NCBI GenBank assembly: GCA_025728475.1
Contig: JAOBJN010000003.1
Span: 10,784-74,783, forward strand
Direction of reading: 5' to 3'
Length of the DNA stretch: 64,000 nucleotides
From: Candidatus Lightella neohaematopini
Lineage (GTDB): Bacteria; Pseudomonadota; Gammaproteobacteria; Enterobacterales; Enterobacteriaceae
Part shown: positions 21,412 through 30,348 of the stretch, one piece after another
Layout: each line of letters begins with the position of its first letter
Numbering within the stretch: position 1 is the stretch's first letter
Position numbers and translations under genes: made by a program
The notes under the pieces: generated by a model
The model's input: only the letters and a program-made list of their open reading frames with translations
The model's database searches: none
Told to the model about the DNA's origin: nothing

Positions 21412-21867
21412 TTATTTATTATAACTTTTTATCTTAAGAGTAATCTGAACTGTTAATTTTTTTTCCACAAAAATAGTTACATTATAATTACCAACTTTTC
21501 TTATACTTTTTATTGGTAAGTTAACTTCCTTATTTTTTAGATATATTCCATGATTTTTCATATACTTAACTATATGGTTACTATTAATAGATCCAAAAAT
21601 CTTATTATTTTTACCAACTTTAGCTAATATAGTGATATTATTTAATTCTTTAATTTTATTAATTTTATTTATTATTTCAGATTTATGTTGAGCTAATTCT
21701 TGTTCTAATTGAATTTTTTTATTGTCAAATAATAACAAATTATCTCTATTAGCAACTAAAGCCTTTTTATTAGGCAATAAAAAATTTCTAGCGTAACCAT
21801 CTTTTACTACTACTTTATCACCAACATTACCCAGTTTATTAATTTTACACAATAATATAACTATCAT
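21412..21867 (-). CDS. rplI: 50S ribosomal protein L9
   Basis: The 151-aa ORF begins MIVILL..I..LGNVGDKV.VKDGYARNFL.P. It lies downstream of rpsR. Confidence 0.93.
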   Translation of the reverse strand: MIVILLCKINKLGNVGDKVVVKDGYARNFLLPNKKALVANRDNLLLFDNKKIQLEQELAQHKSEIINKINKIKELNNITILAKVGKNNKIFGSINSNHIVKYMKNHGIYLKNKEVNLPIKSIRKVGNYNVTIFVEKKLTVQITLKIKSYNK

Positions 21868-21893
21868 AATTTAATCACAATACAATTATTAAT

Positions 21894-22109
21894 TTAGTGA
21901 TGATCAATATATGGCATAAGTGATAAATACCTAGCTTTTTTAATAGCACGAGCTATTATTCTTTGTTGCTTTGCGCTAACTCCAGTAATCCTGCTAGGAA
22001 TAATTTTTCCACTTTCGCTAACATAATTTTTTAAAATGTCTACATTTTTATAATTTATTTGATAAGTATAATTCTTTGTTAAGAAAAATTTTTGTTTGCT
22101 ATTATACAT
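21894..22109 (-). CDS. rpsR: 30S ribosomal protein S18
   Basis: The 71-aa ORF contains [45 protein letters not shown]. Confidence 0.96.
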   Translation of the reverse strand: MYNSKQKFFLTKNYTYQINYKNVDILKNYVSESGKIIPSRITGVSAKQQRIIARAIKKARYLSLMPYIDHH

Positions 22110-22193
22110 TTTAAATTAAGTAATATAAAATTATTAGAAAATTAATTATTTAACTACAAAATAACATTTTTAATATATTATTACAATAAATTA

Positions 22194-22472
22194 TTATTTT
22201 ATTTTAGTAATTAAACTACGAATAATGTTATTATTAAATTTTAAATAATTTTCTATTTTTTTTATTATATCAATTGGTACCGTAATATTCATAACAATAT
22301 AGTAAGCTTTTTTAAATTTATTAATACTATAAGACAATGATTTGATACCATAATTTTCTATTTTATGAATATTACCATTATTATTAATTACAATATTTTT
22401 ATAAAAATCAATTACTTCATCTACTTTATTATTTGTATTATTAATTAATATCATTATTTCATAATTACGCAT
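22194..22472 (-). CDS. rpsF: 30S ribosomal protein S6
   Basis: S6 homology starts at MRNYEIM, so the start is set at 22472. The ORF track extends to 22484. Confidence 0.88.
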   Translation of the reverse strand: MRNYEIMILINNTNNKVDEVIDFYKNIVINNNGNIHKIENYGIKSLSYSINKFKKAYYIVMNITVPIDIIKKIENYLKFNNNIIRSLITKIK

Positions 22473-22551
22473 AAAACCTTCCAAGTTAAATAAATTATTA
22501 TAATATTTGAAATATTTTTATAATTAAAATTATTAATTATCCAATAATTAA

Positions 22552-23286
22552 TTAAAATAAATTACGTTGTCTAATTATTTCAAATAATATTATCCCAGTA
22601 GCAACAGATAAATTTATCGATGTCATATCATTCATAGTAGGAATATTAATTATTTCGTCACAATTATGATATATTGAATTACATATACCATGACTTTCTG
22701 AACCAATAACTAATGCTAAAGATTTATTTAAATTACTCTTATAAAGTATATTATTTGATTTATCATCAGTACCTACAATTTTAATACCTTTATTTTTTAA
22801 TATTTTTATTACATTATTTAAATTACTAACTTTTAGTATTGGTACAATATTAGCAGCACCGCTAGATACTTTATAAACAGTACTATTAAGTTTTACAGAA
22901 TTATACTTAGGTATAATTACTAAGTCAACATCAGCAGAATAAGCCGATCTTAAACATGATCCTAAATTATGTGGGTCAATAATGCTATCTAAAATCAATA
23001 TTAACAATAATTTATTTTTTTTATTTATAAGATTAGTTAAAAATAATTTGTTAACATATCTTCTTTTATTTACGTAAGCTAATATTCCTTGATGTACAAC
23101 ATTACCAACTATTTTATTTATTAGTTTTTCATTAACAAAATTTGTTTGTATTTTAAAGAAGTTTAATTTATCAATAACAACTTTAATTCTTTCATTGTTT
23201 TTTCTAGAAATTAAAACATTATTAAAATATTTATGATTATAACTTAGTAAAGTTTTAATAGTGTTAATACCATAAATAACATACAT
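22552..23286 (-). CDS. rlmB: 23S rRNA (guanosine2251-2'-O)-methyltransferase, SpoU family
   Basis: The 244-aa ORF contains IYGI..., VHQGI.A, LILD...DPHNLG.CLRSA and NLSVATGI.LFE..RQR, colinear with E. coli RlmB. Its position relative to rpsF also matches. Confidence 0.85.
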   Translation of the reverse strand: MYVIYGINTIKTLLSYNHKYFNNVLISRKNNERIKVVIDKLNFFKIQTNFVNEKLINKIVGNVVHQGILAYVNKRRYVNKLFLTNLINKKNKLLLILILDSIIDPHNLGSCLRSAYSADVDLVIIPKYNSVKLNSTVYKVSSGAANIVPILKVSNLNNVIKILKNKGIKIVGTDDKSNNILYKSNLNKSLALVIGSESHGICNSIYHNCDEIINIPTMNDMTSINLSVATGIILFEIIRQRNLF

Positions 23287-23327
23287 TTAATTTTAATATT
23301 TTTATTTAAAAAAGTTAGTTTATAATA

Positions 23328-24251
23328 TTACTTAAATTCATTAATAAATTTAAAAAAACTATCTTGATTATTTAGAATCATTATATTTTTATTATTTTTA
23401 AAGCTGTTTCTATATATTTTTAATCTTTTTATAAAATTATAAAAATCTGGATCCTTACTAAAGGATTGAGCATATATTTTTATTATTTTAGCGTCAGCAG
23501 TACTTTTAATTATAGATGATTGTTTTTTTGCTTCTGAAATAATACGAGTTACTTGATAATCAGCAATAGCTCGTATTTTTTCCGCCTCTTCTTTACCTTG
23601 TGATCTATGTCTACGTGCAACAGACTCTCTTTCAGCTCTCATACGTTTATATATAGCATCAAACACTTCTATAGGTAAATTAATTTGTTTTATTCTTACA
23701 TCAATAATCTTTATACCTAACATATTCATACTACTGTTATTAGCTTTTATTATTTCTGTATTATATATATTATCTGTTACTCCATAATTTAGTGAATTTT
23801 TTACATTATTCATTAATTTATTTCTAAAATCAGTTACTATACTCCTTACGTCTAATTTACCTAATTCTGATCGCAAACGATCAGAAAATTTTCTTTTTAT
23901 TAAAACTTCTGCTTGTGTAATATTTCCTCCAGTTGATAGATAATATCTACTTAAATTATTAACACGCCACTTAATATAAGAATCAATAATTAAATCTTTT
24001 TTTTCCATAGTTACAAAACGATCAGCTTGATTTTCTGTAGTATTAATTCTTGTATCTATAACTTTTATATCTTCAATAAATGGTATTTTCCAATGCATTC
24101 CTGGATTATAAACTAGTGGATTATTATTATTAGAACGGACAACTTTACCAAAACGCAAAACTATTCCATTTTGTCCTTCTTGCACAAAGAACAATGACGC
24201 ATAAATAAATGTTATTAGTAATAATATAACAATAATAATACTTTTATACAT
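23328..24251 (-). CDS. hflC: FtsH modulator HflC
   Basis: The 307-aa ORF has an N-terminal transmembrane segment and an SPFH (band-7) domain. It lies downstream of hflK. Confidence 0.92.
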   Translation of the reverse strand: MYKSIIIVILLLITFIYASLFFVQEGQNGIVLRFGKVVRSNNNNPLVYNPGMHWKIPFIEDIKVIDTRINTTENQADRFVTMEKKDLIIDSYIKWRVNNLSRYYLSTGGNITQAEVLIKRKFSDRLRSELGKLDVRSIVTDFRNKLMNNVKNSLNYGVTDNIYNTEIIKANNSSMNMLGIKIIDVRIKQINLPIEVFDAIYKRMRAERESVARRHRSQGKEEAEKIRAIADYQVTRIISEAKKQSSIIKSTADAKIIKIYAQSFSKDPDFYNFIKRLKIYRNSFKNNKNIMILNNQDSFFKFINEFK

Positions 24252-24296
24252 TTTAAAGTAAATATTTTTTTTTATCTATTTAGTTTATATTTTATA

Positions 24297-25388
24297 CTAT
24301 TTTTTATTTGTTTTTCCATTAAGATGCGAATTATTATAATTAATATTATGTTCTATATCAAAATTTTTATTTAATGATAATAGTATATTACTACAATTAT
24401 TATTACTTACTAACACCTTTTTTGTGTTTTCAAAGATTTTTTCTAAAGTATCTAAATATAACCTTTTTTTAGTAATCTCAGGAAAAACTTTATATTCAGA
24501 TAAAAGTTTATTAAATTTTAATACTTCTCCTTGAGCTGTTAATATTTTTTTTATACTGTAAGATCTTCCTTCTTCAAGTATTCTTTGTGCTTGTCCATAG
24601 GCATGAGGTTGTACTTCATTAGCATAAGCTTCTGCTTCACGAATATATTGTTGTTCATTTTCTCTAGCAGCAATAGCATCATCAAACGCCTCTTTTACTT
24701 CTTCTGGTGGACGAGCTGTTTGAAAATTTACATCTAGTATAGTAATACCCATATTATATGGTTCGATAGTATTTTCAATAGTTTTATAAGTATCATTACG
24801 TATTAACGTTCTTCCTTCAGTTAAAATACGATCCATATCATATTTTCCGATTACTTCACGTAAAGCACTATCTGTAGCTTGTTTTAGACTATCATCTGCG
24901 TTAACAACACTAAATAAGTATAGTTTCGGATTAGTAATTTTATATTGTACATTCATTTCAACACGAACTACATTTTCATCTGCTGTTAACATAATACCCG
25001 ATGCTACTAACTCTTTAACTGATTCTACGTTAATAGTAATTAATTTGTCTATAAATGTTGGTTTCCAATTTAATCCAGGATAAACAATGTGATTAAACTT
25101 ACCCAAACGCAAAATTAATCCTCTTTCAGCTTCCTTAATAGTATAAAAACCACTAAAAAACCACACAGCAATACATAGTATAATAAATATAATTAAAAAC
25201 TTGTTATTTATAGATTTTTTCATTGATTTTAAATTAAAAATCTTATTTATTTTTCTAAAAAAATTAATAAACATTTCATCTAAATTTGGAGGTTCTTTTT
25301 CATAATTATTTCTTTTTTTCCATTTTTGATCATTTTTATTCCAAAAATTATTATTGTAATTTTTTTTTAAAATATTTTTTAAAAACAT
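24297..25388 (-). CDS. hflK: FtsH modulator HflK
   Basis: The 363-aa ORF contains PPNLDEMF, followed by a transmembrane segment and an SPFH domain (ERGLILRLGKF). The conserved C-terminal half includes EAEAYANEV. Confidence 0.92.
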   Translation of the reverse strand: MFLKNILKKNYNNNFWNKNDQKWKKRNNYEKEPPNLDEMFINFFRKINKIFNLKSMKKSINNKFLIIFIILCIAVWFFSGFYTIKEAERGLILRLGKFNHIVYPGLNWKPTFIDKLITINVESVKELVASGIMLTADENVVRVEMNVQYKITNPKLYLFSVVNADDSLKQATDSALREVIGKYDMDRILTEGRTLIRNDTYKTIENTIEPYNMGITILDVNFQTARPPEEVKEAFDDAIAARENEQQYIREAEAYANEVQPHAYGQAQRILEEGRSYSIKKILTAQGEVLKFNKLLSEYKVFPEITKKRLYLDTLEKIFENTKKVLVSNNNCSNILLSLNKNFDIEHNINYNNSHLNGKTNKK

Positions 25389-25441
25389 AATAACTCCGTT
25401 TAATCTATATAAATTTTCGTAGTTATATTAAAAATTTTATT

Positions 25442-26392
25442 CTAATAAGAAATAATTTTAATTAAATCTCTAATTGATTTATCATAATTATCATTATTTA
25501 ACCAATACATATTAGTATAACTATTTTTAATCCAAGTAATTTGTTTTTTAGCTAATTGCTGAGTAGCAATTATTGATTGCCTAATCATATCTTTATAACT
25601 AATTTTACCAATAATGTATAATAACATTTGTTTATACCCAATACATTTAGAAGATGGCATATCAAATCTTAATTTATTGCTAATAAATAGTGTATTTACT
25701 TCATTTTCGAAACCTAAAGATAACATTTTGTAAAAACGATATCTAATACGTTTATTTAATCTAAATTTACTATCTGGCATTAAACAAAATTTATATATTT
25801 TATAAGGTAATTTAATTAATTTTTGTTCATTAGTTAATTCATAAATAGTTTTTCTAGATAGTAAAAATACTTCTATAGAACGAATTAATCTCTGAATATC
25901 ATTATTATTAATATTATTAGTAATGGTATAATTAATTTTGTTAAATAAATAACTTATTAATTCAAAACCAAAAATTTTTATTAAATTGTTAATATGTTTT
26001 CTTAAAAATAAATTACTCTTTGGTAATAACGGAAGTCCATTAATTAATGTTTTAAAATAAAACATACTACCACCAACAAGTAATGGTATACGATTATTTT
26101 TTAATATATGGTCTATTGCTTTAGTTGCATCATAGTAAAAATTACCAACTGAATACAACTCATCAGGATTACGTATATTAATTAATTCATGAGGTATTTC
26201 ATCTAATATTTTGTTTGGTGGTTTTGCAGTTCCTATATTCATTCCTTTGTATATTAAGGTTGAATCAACACTAATAATGTCTACAGGAATATAATTTCTT
26301 AATTTAATTACAAATTTACTTTTACCAGAAGCAGTTGGACCCATTATCATAATAATATATGGGTATCTATTTTTTTTTATTATATTAATCAT
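25442..26392 (-). CDS. miaA: tRNA dimethylallyltransferase
   Basis: The 316-aa ORF has the P-loop MGPTASGKS, plus SVDS.LIYKGM.IGTAKP. Confidence 0.93.
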   Translation of the reverse strand: MINIIKKNRYPYIIMIMGPTASGKSKFVIKLRNYIPVDIISVDSTLIYKGMNIGTAKPPNKILDEIPHELINIRNPDELYSVGNFYYDATKAIDHILKNNRIPLLVGGSMFYFKTLINGLPLLPKSNLFLRKHINNLIKIFGFELISYLFNKINYTITNNINNNDIQRLIRSIEVFLLSRKTIYELTNEQKLIKLPYKIYKFCLMPDSKFRLNKRIRYRFYKMLSLGFENEVNTLFISNKLRFDMPSSKCIGYKQMLLYIIGKISYKDMIRQSIIATQQLAKKQITWIKNSYTNMYWLNNDNYDKSIRDLIKIISY

Positions 26393-26984
26393 ACTAATTA
26401 AATTAACTTGATTAACAGATAAATTATATTTTACTAAATTAACAATAATATTATCTTTCGTAATATTATTTTATATCAAAATGTGTACAAATTATTTTCT
26501 GATTAATACATAATAAGTAATATAGTATACAAACTATTATTATAGTACTAAACTAAAATATTAATTAGAACATAATAAAAACATTTTATATACTTTAATT
26601 TATTAATATTAATTATAAAATAATTACTTAAAATTATTATTTTCTATGCAAATTAATAACATGTTTAATTAATTTAAGCAAATTTGTGTTATATTATGAA
26701 ATATGTGTGTCTATTTTATAATAGTTATCTTATAGATAAATATAAATTTAATTAATTACAAATACAATAATAATATTTATTTAAGAATTATGTGACAACA
26801 TTGTTAATTATTAATAAGACGAAAATCATAAATAATTATTTTGATGATTTGTTTTATTTAATTAACTTAAAATTTTCAGTTATTACTGAAATCTTTTATT
26901 TATATAATGATCTAATAGTTAAGTATTATATAATACTATTTATTGTAGTAGACTCATATGTTATATTGTTTTTTGGGGAAGGAT

Positions 26985-27566
26985 ATGAAAGTTAAACTTG
27001 AAGCAAAATCTAAACTACCAACACAATGGGGTAATTTTTTATTATTTGGGTTTGAAGAAGTTTTAACTAAAAAAAATCATATAGCATTAATTTATGGTAA
27101 TATTAAGCATGATTCAATATTAACAAGAATTCATTCAGAATGTTTGACTGGAGATGCATTGTTTAGCTTAAGATGCGATTGTGGCTTTCAGTTAAAATCT
27201 GCAATAATTCAAATTGTTAAAGAAGGCAATGGAATATTAATATATCATAGACAAGAAGGAAGAAATATTGGTTTAATTAATAAGATTCGTGCATATTCGT
27301 TACAAGATCATGGTGCTGATACTGTAGAAGCTAATAATAAATTAGGATTTGCTGCTGACGAAAGAGATTTTTCTTTGTGTGCTGATATATTAAAATTACT
27401 TGGAATAAAAAAAATAAAATTACTTACTAATAATCCAAAAAAAATAGAAATTTTATTAAAATTTGGAATTAGCATCACTGAAAGAGTACCACTTATTGTA
27501 GGACGTAATATAAATAATGCTCATTATTTAGATACCAAAGCAAATAAGATGGGTCATATGTTATAA
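26985..27566 (+). CDS. ribA: GTP cyclohydrolase II
   Basis: Homology starts at [16 protein letters not shown]. The ORF contains [40 protein letters not shown] and ERVPL. A GGGGAAGGA Shine-Dalgarno sequence lies just upstream of the ATG at 26985. Confidence 0.95.
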   Translation: MKVKLEAKSKLPTQWGNFLLFGFEEVLTKKNHIALIYGNIKHDSILTRIHSECLTGDALFSLRCDCGFQLKSAIIQIVKEGNGILIYHRQEGRNIGLINKIRAYSLQDHGADTVEANNKLGFAADERDFSLCADILKLLGIKKIKLLTNNPKKIEILLKFGISITERVPLIVGRNINNAHYLDTKANKMGHML

Positions 27567-27743
27567 TTTTATAAATAATTTATTAAAACTAGGTTTTAAT
27601 CTTATTAATTAATATAATTAAAAAATATAATAAAATTTTACTTAAGTAGTTTATTATTATATATAATATATAAAGTAGTTACTACTTTACTAAAAGTAAT
27701 ATTTTACTATATTTATAAGTAATAATTAATGCTAGGAACATTA

Positions 27744-28490
27744 ATGTCAATTAACATATTACGTAATATTTATTTTGATGTAATCAATTTTGTACGTAAT
27801 CAATTTTATAATATCATGATGTTGGTATTAATAGTATCAATACTTAATACATCAATTAATCATGTTTTAATTTCTTTTAATGAAAAATTGTTATTAAATA
27901 ATATTATCATTGAACATGGTAACTTAAATTTAAATCAATTTATACAGCAACTATCTTCAGAACAACAACATTTACTCTTAAAAATATCTATTATCAATAC
28001 TGTAACTAATTTAATAAATAATATTTTTATAATTGGTGGCGTATTAATAATAATAGATGTTTTAAAATATACTAAAAAAGAACAAATAATAAAAATATTA
28101 ATTTTTTCTCTAACAAAAAAACTACCTAAGCTATCTATTTTAATTTTTTTATTAACTATAGTTATACAATTTGGACTATTATTATTAGTTATACCTGGTA
28201 TTATATTAATAATATTATTGAGTTTTTCTCCAGTAATATTATTTACTAATCAAATTAGTATAAGTAAATCAATATATAATAGTATAATTTTTAGTATAAA
28301 TAATTTTAAACTAGTATATCCAATAATACTTTTGTGGCTCATAATAAAGATGATATTATTATTATTGATAACTAAATTATTTTTTATTACTCCACTGACT
28401 ACTAATATAATATTAAATAGCGTAAATAATTTATTATTATCAATATTAATTATCTATATATTTAGATTATATTTATTCTTAAACAAATAA
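27744..28490 (+). CDS. yciC: Inner-membrane protein of the YciC (UPF0259) family
   Basis: The ORF is colinear with E. coli YciC, sharing F.RNQF, SSEQQ..LL, LPKL.ILIFL and L.IY.FRLY. It is a multi-pass hydrophobic protein. The start is set at the internal Met (MSINIL). Confidence 0.8.
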   Translation: MSINILRNIYFDVINFVRNQFYNIMMLVLIVSILNTSINHVLISFNEKLLLNNIIIEHGNLNLNQFIQQLSSEQQHLLLKISIINTVTNLINNIFIIGGVLIIIDVLKYTKKEQIIKILIFSLTKKLPKLSILIFLLTIVIQFGLLLLVIPGIILIILLSFSPVILFTNQISISKSIYNSIIFSINNFKLVYPIILLWLIIKMILLLLITKLFFITPLTTNIILNSVNNLLLSILIIYIFRLYLFLNK

Positions 28491-28496
28491 TACTTT

Positions 28497-28521
28497 TACT
28501 ATTTTAGTATAAAAAATTAAT
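28497..28521 (+). repeat. 25-nt exact intergenic repeat, copy 1 (tactattttagtataaaaaattaat)
   Basis: This copy is identical to 42133-42157. It lies 7 nt downstream of the yciC stop codon. Confidence 0.6.
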
Positions 28522-28601
28522 CGTGTCTTATCTATATGTATATTTGTATCTATAAAATTATGTATATTAGTATTTTTAAGATATTATATAAATAATTTGA
28601 T

Positions 28602-30050
28602 ATGATAATTTTTATTATAAAAAATTGGTTTTTAATTATAATATACTGGATATTTATAATTCTTATCTCCATAAGAATTATATTATATAATCATGATGTA
28701 TCTTCTACTATAGCCTGGATAATGATAATTCATATATTACCAATTATTGGTATAATTATGTATTTATTATTTGGTGAAATTAACATTAGTAAAATAAAAA
28801 TTAACAGAGGAAAAAAATTATCAACACCAGTATATTATTGGCTTAATAAATTTAATAGTAAGTATAGAAAGTATTTAGGTAATAATAGTAGTAAAACTGC
28901 AAGATCTCTATTTCAATTATATAAATATCAACATAGAGTGAATGAAGTTAAAGTAAAAAAAATAAAATTATTTACTGATAGTAATGATACTATAATAAGT
29001 ATTATAAATGATATTAATTTAGCTAAAAATAATATAGATATTATTTTTTATATATGGAACACCGATGGATTAATAAAAAAAGTAATACAAGCATTAATTA
29101 TAGCTGCTAAAAGAGGAGTTAATTGTAGAATAATTTTAGATTCAGTTGGTAGTCTGAAATTTTTTCGTAGTAATTATCATAAGAAATTACGTACAGCTGG
29201 TATTATTATAGTAGAAGCTTTTAAAATTAGTATTCTGCATATTTTTATTAATAGAATAGATATTCGTCAACATAAAAAAATAATTATTATCGATAATAAT
29301 ATTACTTATACTGGCAGTATGAATATGATAGATCCTAATTATTATAAATCTAACTTAGGTAAGTTAGTTGATATTATGGTTAGAATGGAAGGATGTATAG
29401 CTAATATTATGAGTATAATATTTTCTTGTGAATGGAAAATAGAAACTAACGAATTAATTTTACCATCATTTCCAAAAAAAATTTCAGATATACTATACAA
29501 TAGTGCTATAGTACAAGTAATATCTTCTAATTTAATTATTTCTAAAAATATTATTAATCAAGTGTTAGTAACCTCTATTTACGCAGCTCGAAAAAAATTA
29601 GTTATAACAACACCTTATCTAATACCAAGTAATGATCTTCTCAAAGCAATTTGTACTGCAGCTAACAGAGGAGTGAAAGTAGATATTATTATACCAATTA
29701 AGAGTGATTCTATTTTAGTAAATTGGGCAAGTAGAGTGTTTTTTGCCGAACTACTAGATGCTGGAGTAAAAATTAATCAATTTAAGGGTGGTTTTTTGCA
29801 TACTAAAAGTATAATTATTGATAACAATATAAGTATAGTAGGTACAGTAAATTTAGATATTAGAAGTTTAAAATTAAATTCAGAATTAATACTAATTATC
29901 GATGATAATAAATTTAATAAACAATTACTAAAAATACAGAAAGCATATATGACAAATTCTTTTTTAATTAAAACATCAGAATGGATAAATAGACCATTTT
30001 GGAAACGTATTATAGAAAAACTATTTTACCTTTTTAGTCCATTATTATAA
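28602..30050 (+). CDS. clsA: Cardiolipin synthase
   Basis: The 482-aa ORF has two N-terminal transmembrane segments and two HKD motifs (HKKIIIID...GSMN and HTKSIIID...GTVN). Confidence 0.93.
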   Translation: MIIFIIKNWFLIIIYWIFIILISIRIILYNHDVSSTIAWIMIIHILPIIGIIMYLLFGEINISKIKINRGKKLSTPVYYWLNKFNSKYRKYLGNNSSKTARSLFQLYKYQHRVNEVKVKKIKLFTDSNDTIISIINDINLAKNNIDIIFYIWNTDGLIKKVIQALIIAAKRGVNCRIILDSVGSLKFFRSNYHKKLRTAGIIIVEAFKISILHIFINRIDIRQHKKIIIIDNNITYTGSMNMIDPNYYKSNLGKLVDIMVRMEGCIANIMSIIFSCEWKIETNELILPSFPKKISDILYNSAIVQVISSNLIISKNIINQVLVTSIYAARKKLVITTPYLIPSNDLLKAICTAANRGVKVDIIIPIKSDSILVNWASRVFFAELLDAGVKINQFKGGFLHTKSIIIDNNISIVGTVNLDIRSLKLNSELILIIDDNKFNKQLLKIQKAYMTNSFLIKTSEWINRPFWKRIIEKLFYLFSPLL

Positions 30051-30173
30051 AATTAAACAATATTTTTGTTAAAAAATAAAAATAATTAACTTTATATTTA
30101 CAAAATATTTTTAGCATTTATAATCTAAATTATTTATATTATTATATAATGTAATTTGTTATATCATATATAT

Positions 30174-30255
30174 GGTGGGGTTCCCGAGTGGCTAAAGGGA
30201 GCAGACTGTAAATCTGTCGTCTTTGACTTCGAAGGTTCGAATCCTTCCCCCACCA
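30174..30255 (+). tRNA. tRNA-Tyr (anticodon GTA)
   Basis: The sequence ggtggggttcccgag...gcagaCTGTAAAtctgt...gaaggTTCGAATccttc-ccccacc-a is nearly identical to E. coli tRNA-Tyr. No CCA is encoded; AAA follows the 3' end. Confidence 0.93.
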
Positions 30256-30348
30256 AAATTTTATAAAAAATTACTTTAATTAAATTATTTAATATACAGT
30301 ATTATTCATTAATTCTAATTTTTGATATAAGTTAATAATAATTAAAAT

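Noticed and set aside
26874-26900. A hairpin, tttcagt-tatt-actgaaa, followed by a T-run about 85 nt upstream of ribA. I considered an attenuator, a riboswitch or an orphan terminator.
   Set aside because: The stem has only 2 GC pairs, and such AT hairpins are frequent by chance here. No FMN-riboswitch core sequences are visible, and E. coli ribA is not RFN-controlled. I mention it only in the spacer finding.
26792-26995. A 67-aa ORF upstream of, and overlapping, the ribA start.
   Set aside because: It has a non-ATG start, is low in complexity, and overlaps the well-supported ribA start and Shine-Dalgarno sequence. No homology was recognised.
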